From the NCBI RefSeq assembly GCF_006345805.1, contig NC_042998.1, forward strand, positions 25,358,001 through 25,422,000: DNA of 64,000 nt, read 5' to 3'. Below the pieces are notes generated by a model that searched no databases, was not told the origin of the DNA, and saw only the letters and a list, made by a program, of their open reading frames with translations. The first letter of the stretch is position 1. Each line of letters begins with the position of its first letter. Origin of the DNA: Octopus sinensis (lineage: Eukaryota). Positions 50,468 to 63,633 of the stretch are shown here, piece by piece. A program made the translations under genes and the position numbers.

Positions 50468-51411
50468 ATTCACAAAGAAATTATCTATTTATCTTTAAAA
50501 CTAATTTGATCTCATTTTTATTCTCTAAAATTTCTGATTATTATTTCTGAAAAGTCATTGTATAAACAGTATGAAATCGAAACTGAATGACCAAAATTTC
50601 TGAGAACTTTTCAGCCAAGATGATAATTTTGTAGCATTCTATAAAAACTATTCAAAGAATAAGCAAATATATTTATTATTGATGATAATGTTTATTTTAT
50701 TATTTTGAGATTAAAGTAGATTTGAATACTAAAATTAAAATTCATGTAGCTATAGATAAAAGCATTACTGCTCCCATGAGCACAGAGAAAAAAAATAGAC
50801 AAGTCTGGCTCGAGACTTATTTACAACCAGTATCTTTTGCAAGCTGATGTCAAAATGATCATACTACATTGCCAAGAAAACAGAAATCAGACATATCAGG
50901 TTCATAGAAAAAGAAATTAGATTTTAAATTATATATTCTCTCTCTATCTCCCTGTCTTTTTTTCTTTTTTGTACATCATAAAGGTTTCTATTTTCAAAAC
51001 AGATACATTTTGTTATTCAAATAAGGCAAAATATTTCATAACCAAATAAAATAATTCAATGTATACATTTATAAATCAATTTTCAATAAAAATATGACTG
51101 ATCGTATAGTTGATATTTCGAAATTCTAATTAATGATTTGAGTTTAGAAGGGAACCTTAGAATAATGTTTAAAAATACATTATGTCTCTAAATACTGGTT
51201 TTGTTTTTTAGTTCTTGTGATATATTTTAGTAATTATTGAAGAAATAGAATTTTAACACCTCGGATTTCCTAGGCTCATATATCATCACCAGAAATAATG
51301 TGTATGTTCGTGGTGGTGGTGGTGGTGATGGGGTGGGGTAGGATATCATTCATATCTTTCCTGTAAGTATACACTTGTAGTAGTTTAAGCAGAACATGCT
51401 TTCCAGTCTTG

Positions 51412-51713
51412 TTTTTTTTCCTTCTCAAACCATACCTGGCTCATAAGGGCTGGTTTCCCGGTTTCTTAGCATATAGGTTCTCCACCTGGATGAGACGCTG
51501 GTCTGTCGCAGGTGAGCTGCAAGATGCAGGAGGAAAGAGTGAGAGAAAGTTGTGGCAAAAGAGTCAGCAAACGTTCGCCATTACCTTCTGCTGGAGCCGC
51601 GTAGAGCTTAGGTGTTTTTGCTCATAAACACACACATCATCCGGTCTGAGATTCGAACCTACAATCCCTCAACCGCGAGTCCACTGCTCTAACCACTAGG
51701 CCATGTGCCTCCA
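51412..51713 (-). mobile_element. H1-type SINE (same subtype as 20008-20306)
   Basis: 13-bp TSD ctttccagtcttg at 51399-51411 and 51714-51726. Confidence 0.9.
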
Positions 51714-52671
51714 CTTTCCAGTCTTGGAGGACTTGTGAAGACCATAAACTTTGACCCATCCACCAGACCTAGCAAGTAAAAATTCAGTTTGACTTCTCTG
51801 TGAATACCAAAAAGTAAATTAGAATTGCTGTTATATTCATCTTCATTTTTATTCTCTGAAAATTCCTTCTTGTTCTCCTTTAATTTTCCATAAGTTACAT
51901 TCGTGTATTCTTTCTCAATTCCTAAAGGATGACACAAAATGCTCTCATCTGTCTCGTTCACTTCCCTGAAAATACAAGTTTGGCTAATCACCAATATTTC
52001 TCATTTCTTAAAATGTTTTCTTGCTTAAGAGAGAATTCATTATTGATTTTATGTGAACTTGCAATCTTACATAAATCCATTTCTTTATGGTATTTATATC
52101 CTCTTTTAATCTATTTTGTCTTCATTACATAATGTATTAGCTTCAACCTCTTAAGAATTTACATATGTAGCTCATAGTACTTATGGCTGTTGCTATTGAT
52201 ATAACAGTTCTCTTGGCTTACATCAAGATACTGTCTGGATATGGAAATTAATCGAATGGCTGCTCATTTTAACAAGAGCTTTTCTACATTTTTATTATGA
52301 TAAAATTCTCTTTCCTACATTTTATGCACACACTTAAACACACACGCATCTACAGATGCATGCACACTATACAACTGCTGTGAGTGCAAATATACATATT
52401 TATGCAATGGGTAGACCTATTTAAATATTTAAATAGTTATATGCTTATTTTCATTTTGACTTAAGAATCTACTTTACCCTTGCATATCTAAAGAGAGTGA
52501 AAATGATCTAAGTGTAATGCAAAGATTAAAATGTTTAGAATTGCAAATCTTCCAAATTATACTACCAAAAAGTAACAGAGGAAGCCTCTAGGTGACAATT
52601 TTACCTGAGAGACATAACAGTCAAATTTTCCTCATTTCATACTCTCCTGCTTATAAGTAACAATGTGGCAC

Positions 52672-52853
52672 ATAAAAGCACCCATTACAGTCTCAGAGTG
52701 GTTGGCGTTAGGAAGGGCATCCAGCTGTAGAGACTCTACCTGATCAGATTGGAGTCTGGTGCAGCCATCTGGTTTGCCAGACCTCAGTCAAATCGTCCAA
52801 CCCATGCTAGCATGGAAAGCGAATGTTAAACGATGATGATGATGATGATGATG
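52672..52853 (+). mobile_element. Family 3 element
   Basis: agtggttggcgttaggaagggcatccagctg...catggaaagcgaatgttaaacgatgatgat. Confidence 0.85.
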
Positions 52854-54039
52854 TATTGGATATGATGTGATCCTTGATACATTATGCCCAAATGAGATGG
52901 GATGGTCATGAATGGAATACCTTTGACCACAGGCCTACTCTATCAGGAGAGGTTAGGCCCAAAACGAAAACACAATTTTTTACAACTAATGTACTTGACG
53001 AATCAAAAAGAAAGCCTCTATTGTAGCTGGTTAAACTTCCAGAAATAGCAGTCAAATTTCCTTCATATCACACCCAAGAACTGATATTTCTTTTTTCAAA
53101 ACATATTTATTAGATGATGTAGTGTGGTGGCCAAAATGCCTTTGATCATAGGTTCGCTTGATCAGGACTAACCTAGTGCCAAACATCAATAACAAGTAAT
53201 ATAGTGGTTGATGTTTGAGAGCTTCATGAAAGATATGAAGGAAATATAAATGAAAATTATTAAATCATATACTTAACTGTTTGTTTAGGATCTTTCAAGT
53301 ACTGTGAACATAAGTGAAGTAACTGGTAAAAATCTTATTACAAAAGTCAAAAAAATATTATTTGTAATAAGCGGTGGTACCAAGCCAGAAATTATTAACA
53401 AGTGAATTATTAGAATTCCAAATAAACCTTTGGCCAAAATCAACTCAATAGTTTCAGAAAACATTATTAAATAAATGTTTACAAGTATCGTTATTATAGA
53501 TATTGAGTTTATTTCTCCTTTATAATATAATTGAATAGAATAGAACTTTAGAGATGAAAAAGGTCATTTTTGAAGAACATGACAAAGTTGGTTTTTTTTC
53601 TGGTTATTTAATTCAATTTGTTATTTTTTGTTTTGCTTTTTCTTTCCTCTTTATATTGGCTTCAGTCACTGGGTGGCAGCTATCCTAGGGCATCACACTG
53701 TAAGGGTTTTAACTGATTATATAAATATATACATTAATTTGTATGGTCCTTATTTTCTCAGAGGAGGTCAGAATTCCAAGGATAATGGATGAAATGGATT
53801 AAAATACCACAAGATATTACTGTTGGATACAACATATTTGCCATCCCACACTGATAATCATATAACACATATAGATGCACCACACACACACATGCTTGCA
53901 CACAATTAATTTCTGTCGAATGATATATCTATGTAAGGCATCCATCCTTGCCTGGGCACTGAAATTAAGTTCTTTATTAGATCATGGGAACCAACAAAAT
54001 GCTCACACATATATATATATAAATGCATAAACATATATG

Positions 54040-54300
54040 TATGGATGGTTTCACCAGGGCTGGTAAGCTGGAAGTCTGCACCAGACTCCAGTCTGATTTG
54101 GCATGGTTTTCTATGGCTGGATGCTCTTCCTAACACCAACCACCCTGAGAATGTAATGGGTGCTTTTACGTGCCACTAGCAAGGGTGCCATTTGCATGAC
54201 ATCAGTATCTTCCATGACTGCAATTTTGCTCAGCTTGATGGGTCTTCTTCTCAAGCACAGCATAATGCCAAAGGTCTCAGTCATTGCCTCTGTGAGGCCC
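54040..54300 (-). mobile_element. Family 3 long form with RTE ORF2 C-terminus-like sequence
   Basis: Minus strand LGLTEAMT..DLWHYAVLEK-like sequence; homologous to 5260-5450. Confidence 0.65.
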
Positions 54301-54804
54301 AACACTCGAAAGGAACTCAGCCATTTTGCATCCATGAGGCTCAATTCTCGAAAGAAACTCAGCCACTTTGCCTCCATGAGGCCCAACACTCGAAAGGAAC
54401 TCAGTCACTTTGCATCCATGAGGCTCAATACTCGAAAGGAACTCAGCCACTTTGCCTCCGGAAGGCCCAACACTCGAAAGGAACTCAGCCACTTTGCCTC
54501 CAGGAGGCCCAATGCTCGAAAGGAACTCAGCCACTTTGCCTCCAGGAAGCCCAATGCTCGAAAGAAACTCATCCACTTTGCCTCCAGGAAGCCCAATGCT
54601 CGAAAGGAACTCAGCCACTTTGCATCCATGAGGCTCAATTCTCGAAAGGAACTCAGCCACTTTGCATCCATGAGGCTCAATTCTCGAAAGAAACTCAGCC
54701 ACTTTGCATCCATGAGGCTCAATACTCGAAAGGAACTCAGCCACTTTGCCTCCGGAAGGTCCAACACTCAAAAGGAACTCAGCCACTTTGCATCCACGAT
54801 CCCC
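54301..54804. repeat. 42-bp minisatellite, 12 units
   Basis: Consensus aacactcgaaaggaactcagccactttgcctccatgaggccc; units start every 42 bp from 54301 to 54763. Confidence 0.97.
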
Positions 54805-55009
54805 AATGTTCAAACAGTGCTCAATAACAGCAATAGTCTGCTAAATGTATAATTCTCTAGCCTGTCCATTGCAAGAAGCAAAAAAGAGTAAATGATGGCT
54901 GAGGAATTTCATTTTCTATTATTCAGGCAAGAATGCTATAAAGCTCACAACAGAAACAAATGAAAATGTAAAAACATATTAAAAAAAAAAAATATGACAA
55001 CTAAATATG

Positions 55010-55029
55010 GTCATCATTTATTATTATTA

Positions 55030-55096
<67 letters not shown>

Positions 55097-55122
55097 CATC
55101 ATTATCATTATTATTATTATTG

Positions 55123-55155
<33 letters not shown>

Positions 55156-55190
55156 TATTATTATTATTATTATTATTTTTATCATTATTA

Positions 55191-55234
<44 letters not shown>

Positions 55235-55320
55235 TATCATTATTATTATTATTATTATTATTATCATTATTATATTATTATTATTATTATTATTATATTA
55301 TTATTATTATTATTATTATC
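55010..55320. repeat. (TTA)n microsatellite
   Basis: Direct inspection. Confidence 0.95.
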
Positions 55321-56176
55321 TATAGTGTTTGTTTCCTTTTTATTTTTCTTGACAATTCAAAAATGTTAAAAATGTACTCAGGAGATCAAACATTTTCAAA
55401 AAACGTCAGAAAATCACATTTGTGCAATAATACTTTTATTTAAAATTCAACCTACTGACTTTGTTGAAAAGAGACAGATGTGATAATCTACAAAGATGGC
55501 GAAAAAATTCTAAATCTAAAAAAAAATGTGGAAAGAAAATGCAAGCATAATACCAAACAAATAATATTTTCTTATAATGTTAAACTCATATACACACACA
55601 TATAAACAACACACACACATAATTGCTGATAGTGATACATTTTTTCTTTTAGCTGTAGTCTTCAGAATGAATAATATACACTCATTTTCAAACACCTACA
55701 GAGTTTAATTTCGTTGTTTGTTATGAAAGAGCCAAGAAATATTTACTCTGAAGTGGTTTTTTTTTGCTAATATCACAAAACAGATGCAGAAGAACAGGAG
55801 GAGTAGAAGAAGGAAAAGACAACTGGAAAAAGACAAGCTTTCTGTAGTGCCAGACATTTGCTTTCTTTTATCATGCACCAGTGAATTCTCGACAGAGAGA
55901 ATTTGGACCAAAATCAAATGTCGGTGCCCTTGATATTGGTAAAACTACAGCTATGTTTGCAGAAGTATCCCTAACCAGGTCTTACACCAAAAATTTGATT
56001 AAGTTTCATATTCTCTTTCTTCTGTACATTAATTTCTTTTTAACTGTTATTTCTAACCACATAGAGTCTTGGATAAATGATAATTATGCTTCACTCTTTT
56101 TTGAGATTTCCCACAGAGGTGTTATCCACAGGCAATTTCAACATTTGAATAATTATTATAATTCTTGAATAATTTA

Positions 56177-56391
56177 TGTATTTATTTTGAGATGCTCTGT
56201 GTTTCTTCCAATTAATTTTAAATATAACAAAGAATTTAGTAAAATAATATCGTTATCATTGAGCTAGTTTTAAGAACATAAATTGTGACTAAAGATTTGG
56301 TGGAAGATTTGAATTCAAAACTTATGAAAACAAGACATTCGTACTAAAGAGCCAGAGCCGGTTTCAGCCGGGTTGGTAACGAAAGGGTTAA
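56177..56391. mobile_element. piggyBac-like MITE, one end missing
   Basis: Ends gtaacgaaaggg-TTAA; colinear with 62771-62984. Confidence 0.6.
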
Positions 56392-56804
56392 CTAGCTTTG
56401 ATATATTGTGAGCAGGGTGACTAATGGTCTTGGTTCCTCTTTATTTGTCTTCTCTATAATGTCTCACTCTCCAAACCCTGCACTAAACATTCTTCGCAGT
56501 CCTCAGGATGGTTTCCTTGCTCGCATTTCTTTTTCAAGTATCAACCTGCAGAATTTCAGTCTGAACACCAACAGGGTGAACATCATCAGTCTTAGAGTAG
56601 TTGCAAAATTCAGGAGTGAAGACTGTCTTCTGACTAAATATGAAAAATAAATTCTCAGCATGATTACAAGAAACGGAAGATAACAACCAAAAGCATTGAC
56701 TTACTTTTAGAGCAAAATGGTGTCAACTCTTTTGACACAATGAAAGATGGCTGCATATCTTTCTTGTAACACTTCCTTGTAACACAGCTCTTAATATTCT
56801 TTTA

Positions 56805-57580
56805 TTTGTTTATTCGTTTCAGTCATTTGACTGCGGCCATGGTGGAGCATCACCTTTAGTCGAATACATCGACCCCCAGGACTTATTCTTTGTAAGTCTA
56901 GTACTTATTCTATTGGTCTCTTTTGCTGAACCACTAAGTTACAGGGATGCAGACATACCAACATCGGTTGTCAAGCGATGATGGGGGAAATAAACACAGA
57001 CACACAGACACATACACACACACAAACACAGACAAACACACATACATGTATATATATACATATATCGAAATCGAATTGAACCAGCCAGGATCCCTGGTCT
57101 GGTGGTACGTAAAAAGCACTATCCGACTCGTGGCCGATGCCAGCACCGCCTCGACTGGCTTCCGTGCCGGTGGCACATAAAATACACCAATCTGACCGTG
57201 GCCGTTGCCAGCCCCGCCTGGCACCTGTGCAGGTGGCACGTAAAAAGCACCCACTACACTCACGGAGTGGTTGGCGTTAGGAAGGGCATCCAGCTGTAGA
57301 AACATTGCCAAATTAGACTGGAGCCTGGTGCAGCCTTCTGGCTTCCCAGAACCCCGGTCGAACCGTCCAACCCATGCTAGCATGGAGAACGGACGTTAAA
57401 CGACGATGATATACAACGGCCTTCTTTCAGTTTCCATCTACAAAATCCACTTACAAGGCTTTGGTCAGTCCCAGACTATAGTAGAAAACACTTTGCCCAA
57501 GGTGCCACACAGTGGGACTGAACCCATAACCATGTGGTTGGTAAGCAAGCTACTTACTACACAGCCACACCTGCACCTAT
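56805..57580 (-). mobile_element. SINE family 2 split by a family 3 element (57066-57410, + strand)
   Basis: Family 2 halves at 56805-57065 and 57411-57580; the insert sits in the internal microsatellite. Confidence 0.85.
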
Positions 57581-58085
57581 CTAAATATATTAAGACTCCT
57601 CAAAAGTCGCACTAAGAAACTCAGTCCCCTACATTGATTTTTGAGTATGGCACAAGACTTTTTTAGCAGAATATAACAAGTGTGAACCAAGCAGAAACCA
57701 ACACAATTGAAGAAAACTATTTTCTAGAAAGCCATGAACAGGTAGAAGTGAGGAATTATTTCATGTATTTCTGAATAATATGACAATTATCCATTTAAAT
57801 TTGTGTAGTCTATATTTTAATAATACACAATACTGAATATGTTTTATATTACTGTTTATAACGAAAATCATAAATTATATTGGCAATATCTGTATCAGTA
57901 CATTTTTCTCATTCTCTTTCCCCTTTCACTAGTTTTCGCTATCTCATTTTATTATTATGTTCTCTATATCTTTTGGTTGTTAGAAAACAAAATTGATTTA
58001 TTTAGCAAATGTTTATTGCTATCATTTATTTTTATGTATCCACACACACATATATATATATATACATATATATATATAAATATAT

Positions 58086-58190
<105 letters not shown>

Positions 58191-58226
58191 TGTACATATA
58201 TATATAAATATATATATATATATATG

Positions 58227-58263
<37 letters not shown>

Positions 58264-58928
58264 CTCTATATATATATATATACCAAGAGAGAGAGAGAGA
58301 GAGAGAAAGAGATACATATATGCACACATACGCAATACACATATATTGTTATCTGTAGACTTTAAATCAGAATGGAGTTGGTAAAATATTGTCTTCATAC
58401 AGCACCTGCTGCCTAACTTAAAAGAAAAGATACATTCTGTTATTATGAAATAGTTTCTCAAATGTTACTCAAAATTCTTATAACATCGTTGCAGATAAAA
58501 AGAAAAAAAAAATGAAGCATTACCCACTGAATATATATTACAATACAGAATTCTACATAAACATTTTTCTGATATTGTTTCCTACAGAAAAATAAAAAAA
58601 AAAGAAACTATTTCCTCTTTCCTTAAGTAATAATTCCAAGTTCCACTACTTTATTATCATTAGTAAAAGTGCCAAGTAGAAAACGTCTTCTATAGAAAAA
58701 TTCAATGGAATAAATCCATATCCAGTTTCAAAGTCCTTAAATAATACATATAATTCCGATATCTTTGTAAGTATATTAGAGCTCGATATAGCCACAATAC
58801 TAATATTTCTTTTAAAAGAATATTATGTAGGTTAGCCATAAAAGAAAAAAATATGCAATTCAACATAATTTCCATCATTATTTTTTGATATAGACAAGAA
58901 AATAGAGAATAGCATTGAACTTCTAAGT

Positions 58929-59208
58929 CAGTGGTTCCCAAACTTTTTTTGACTCCTGCCCCCTTGACACCCAGGCCACATTCCTAGTACTCCCAACCCA
59001 ATTAACCATCGCAAAAATAGTCCTCTTTCTGAAGCAAATTCAAAGCAACTGTATTTCACAAACAAAACTTAACCTAATGAACCCATTATTTTGTTGTTTT
59101 TACATGAATCTTAACCCCCATTATAGCCCCACTTTTCTTCAACATCCACCTGGGAACTTTCCACCCCCACCCCCAGAAGGGCATTACCGCCCACTTTGGG
59201 AACCACTG
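58929..59208. mobile_element. hAT-Charlie-type MITE (280 bp)
   Basis: TIRs CAGTGGTTCCCAAA / TTTGGGAACCACTG; perfect 8-bp TSD TTCTAAGT at 58921-58928 and 59209-59216. Confidence 0.95.
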
Positions 59209-60142
59209 TTCTAAGTGTATCTCATTCAGTAAGTCACTGCTTCGCCATTCTGGATCCAATTGTTCACAGAGCTGACTGTGTTATTAAAACAAGAATTCTA
59301 TTATTAGTTAAATTGGAAATGAAAGAAAGATCGAATGCTTTTCTATTTTGTAGTTCAAATCCTGCTAGGGTTATCATTGTCTTTCATTCTACCAGAGCAA
59401 AAGAAAATAAAGTACCTGCATTCTACTTGAGGCATTTATTCAAAATGCTGTATAAATCCATGGCCTTGTGTAATTAGAAATCGATAATACTTTAAACATT
59501 TCCCCAATCTAGAGGCCGACAGTAATAATTCATTGGGTTAATACTATATTAGGAAATTAAGTATGATTTATTGCAGCATTCTTTTAGACGTTAATTCAAA
59601 GTATTAACTTTAGCAGACATGTTTTATCCTTTAATGTATATTTGGAGAAATCTTGTAAGCATTCTTATTTAATCTTCAATTGAGTCACTAATAATATAAT
59701 AAGTTTCGTTAGCTTCACTTGATTGATTTAAGAAATAACAGCGACAAAAGATCTTATTAAATTGTATTAAATTCAAGAGACAAATAATATGTCTGAACTA
59801 TTTTAGATTTAAGAAGAAAAAAATGAAAGAATGAAAGGAAAAGTAATGGAAGATAATAAAGAACAAAATCTTCATGCTTAACCAAATATTATAGGAAATG
59901 CTATTATATCATTATTTTTATATCCACTTTTTCCATGCTGATATGGATTAGATGATACTTCATGAGATAATATTTTACAGCTGGATATCCTTCCTGATAC
60001 TAATTCTAGCTTGTTATCACGTAAAGTACTTTAGTCAATGTTTTCACACGTTGGACTGTTGAGCTGTCTGATATTTCTGTTTATGCAGGACGTGAACAAC
60101 ACTGCTGCTGTCCAAGCAATATCGGAATGGAAATACATAAAG

Positions 60143-60318
60143 ACACACACACACACACATAAACGCACGCACACACAAACACAAACACACACACACACAC
60201 ACAAAAAAAACACACACACAAAAACACACACACACATAAACGCACACACACAAACACACACACACACAAAAACACACACACACAAAAACACACACACACA
60301 TAAACGCACACACACAAA

Positions 60319-60351
<33 letters not shown>

Positions 60352-60400
60352 AACACACACACACAAACACAAACACACACACAAACACACACACATGCAC
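60143..60400. repeat. A-interrupted (CA)n satellite
   Basis: Direct inspection. Confidence 0.95.
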
Positions 60401-62770
60401 ACGTTTTTAAATATACGTAATGAGCTTCTATACACTATCCATCGACCAAATTTGACTTATGAGATAATACCCAATACATAACTAAACTGGAAGACACTCA
60501 CATAAGATATTACAGAGTTGGATCAAACCAAAACCATGTGGTTAAGACATGTCTGCACCTATATAAACTACTACCCTCCCTTACTGATGTGTGCGTGTGT
60601 GTATATGTATCTGTGTGTGTGTGTGTGTGTGTGTGCATACATATACACATGCACACACATTCGAAGAAGTATTTCTAGCTTCCACATATCACTGTTAATG
60701 ATATGAAGTGATAATGAATAGACCACTAAAGTTCAGTAGCAATTAACTAAATTGATATTATGATATCATTTGAAAGGCTGGCCTTATTAGAAAATTATTG
60801 AAATACAAACTCTTATTTTAATCATATAAGCTATGGTTTTCATGCTCGGTCTAGAACTAAAGGTATTTCCCAAAAGAATGTTTGTTAAATTCTATCACTT
60901 AGAAACAAAGAAAAAGACTAATTGAATGCTTTAGTCCTAAAACTAGTCAAATCACACAAAAAATTAGTGTGACTAAAGGGCTGAGGCAGCAACATAACTA
61001 CATCCGAATTGATACTAAATAAATTCCAAAGTAGGACATTCTATAGCAAAATATTTTTGCATCAAGCAACGTAAAGATGTATAATAATAAAATAATTCTA
61101 TTTAGCAACATACTTCTTGTCGTAGAAACTAAATTGTATAGAGCAATAAAGGTTCTAATGGAATATATAAGCAATACGACTCATGGAAATACATTATATA
61201 GAATCATATAATCTAATAAAGCAATATAGCATGCAATGAAATTACATTTTATGAAGTAATATATTGTAAAATGAAATATATGCTGCCAAAGATTGTAGTA
61301 TGAAATATATTGCACGTTATATTATACCCTATAGTGAAAGATTTTATAATCTCAGCCATAGATTTTTAACCCAAGTGGTGCTTCAAGATATATCATAATA
61401 AAATAGATTGCATAGTTTATTCTTGATTTATTCTATAAGCTTCTGTCATTGCTGTAGAATGTGGCAAAATAATGTGTAGTATGCTATTTTCTGCCATCCT
61501 TTTGGCATCTACTCCGACATTCCATAAGTTTGATTCAAGTAAAGCTTATTAAGTACAGCTCATTCCTATTGCTCATTACACATTCTAAATTGCTTTTTAC
61601 TGTTTATTTTTCTTTCCAGTCAATACATCTTTCAGTGTAGGTTATTTTTCTTCAAGCCTTTAAGTAAGTGAAAATATTATTTTTTATTTTTGCGGTGGAG
61701 GAGGAAAAACCTGGATGTATTGGCCTGACAGGAAATTTATAACCTCATATTTATGAATATTAGATATTTTTTTTTTACTTAAGCCACATGGGAAATTAGA
61801 AGCAACAACGTTTTTAATACTGCAAAACTGTGAAAGCTAGATATATTTTATTTAAATTTGTAATGTCAGCCAAATTAATGTGTTGTTGTCTTTAGATATT
61901 TGCTATGTCAAAAGGAATATGAAAGAGTTCACTATCTCAGCATTTGTTAATAATCATATTGTCTGGTGTGTAAAATTGAAGAGGGTTACAATTCTGACAA
62001 TATCATCATAAATAAAAGGTTACTATTCAAATAAAACTTGTTAACCCGGAATTATTTTTTATAGCAAGTGATTTCTTCTGTACACTGGCACAAATCTTTC
62101 GATGTTTTATCTTTCTCCGTTCTCTTTTTTTCCTTTTCTTTTTACATTTTCTGTAGTCTTGTAACATCTCATCTTCATACACCACTCTTATTTTCACATA
62201 CTTCATTTCATGTCTCCTTCATTTCTTATCCTTTCTCTTCCACATTTTCTTGCTTTGTTTCTCATTTTGTTTATTATTTATTCATTTTCTCTCTTTCATA
62301 TATCTCATGTTTCAAATAGATATATTGTATTCAATAGCAAAATCCATATTTCATTGTCAGCAAAATGCTTTTACATTTATTCTTAGAAAAAGAAAACAGG
62401 TTTATATAAGAGAAAGCAATATTTCTCCCTCAATATAGATAACAAAAGAAAACATAAAAATATTTATATTATGAATTTTCTTTCATAGAATATGCTTCTG
62501 AATAAAAATCATTATTTGTAAACAATGTATCAGTTTTCTTTTGTATTCAACTATTGGACAAGAGGGTGGTAAATTTCAGTGTAAACATATATTTGTTACC
62601 ATACTACTACATATATTGAATCCCTATTTATAGGTATATGTTATTAGAGCAACCTAGTCTAAACGACCTTGACCACGACCAGGTGAAGCATGAACCAGTG
62701 GAGGAGTCTCAAAATAATCACTCAACCAACCAGACATAGAAACTAAATCTCTCTGCAATCTCTAACATCT

Positions 62771-62984
62771 TTAAACTTTTCGTTACTGTATTTATTTTGA
62801 GATGCTCTGTGTTTCTTTCAATTACTTTAAATATAACAAAGAATTTAGTAAAATAACTTAGTTATCATTAAGCTACTGTTAGGGACATAAATTGGGACTA
62901 AGGTTTGGTAGAAGATTTTAATTCAAAACTTATTGTACACAGAACCAGGGCCAGTTTCAGCCGGGTTGGTGATGAAAGGATTAA
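62771..62984. mobile_element. piggyBac-like MITE, diverged
   Basis: TTAA-acttttcgttac ... gtgatgaaagga-TTAA degenerate TIRs; body matches 56177-56391. Confidence 0.6.
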
Positions 62985-63187
62985 ACCTTTACCTGTCCAA
63001 TGTATCACATATGATACAAAGAACATGTTTTTCTGGCATTCCTGCATTCTGTTATGATACAGATTACCAATTTTTCTCAACCACAAGAGTAACTTGGAAC
63101 TGCTGAGAAGAAAGCTTTATATTATTACTTAGGACATATGAAACAAAAGCTGACTAAAAGTTTCAAAACAACCATGAACATTTAGGA

Positions 63188-63290
63188 CATCATCATCATC
63201 ATCATCGTTTAACGTCCGTTTTCCATGCTAGCATGGGTTGGACGGTTCGACCAGGATTTGGGAAACCAGGAGGCTGCACCAGGCTCCGAC
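63188..63290 (-). mobile_element. Family 3 3' stub
   Basis: catcatcatcgtttaacgtccgttttccatgctagcatgggttggacgg. Confidence 0.85.
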
Positions 63291-63633
63291 AAACTTATGA
63301 AAATACTTAGGACAGGCAAAATGTTAAAAAAAAATGGACACTAGATAATTTAAATGATATGGTCTTAGCTATCAGATCGACAGAATATTCATAGACGAAA
63401 TAATTTTCATTACAGATTTTTTAATTCAAGGCTATCTCAAGGCTAAATAGCAATAACATGCAGTGAAACAATTTTTGTAGATGTAATTAAATATTCATTC
63501 ATCTTTTATATAAACAACAGTTGTGTAAAATACATCGAAGTTAAAGTTGTAAATAATTTGCTTAGGCACAGGAGTTGTTGCATGGTAAGAAGTTTGCTTC
63601 TTACCTACCACACAAGGTAAGGTGAGCAAGCTG

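Noticed and set aside
3641-51713. tRNA genes
   Set aside because: The A/B-box heads run into SINE bodies with TSDs, and I found no complete cloverleaf acceptor stem.
54160-54852. 230-aa repeat-protein gene, or a CRISPR-like array
   Set aside because: Contiguous 42-bp tandem units with no unique spacers. Frames are open on both strands because of periodicity, and the array lies inside a retroelement.
31730-56600. Other CTGATGA/CTGAAGA hits (approx. 31770, 42725, 43525, 43765, 49800, 56585)
   Set aside because: No matching stem II, GAAA, stem III and UH arrangement.
62634-62739. Plus-strand terminal exon YMLLEQPSLNDLDHDQVKHEP...
   Set aside because: The sequence resembles an old dispersed repeat as I recall it, and nothing upstream supports a gene.
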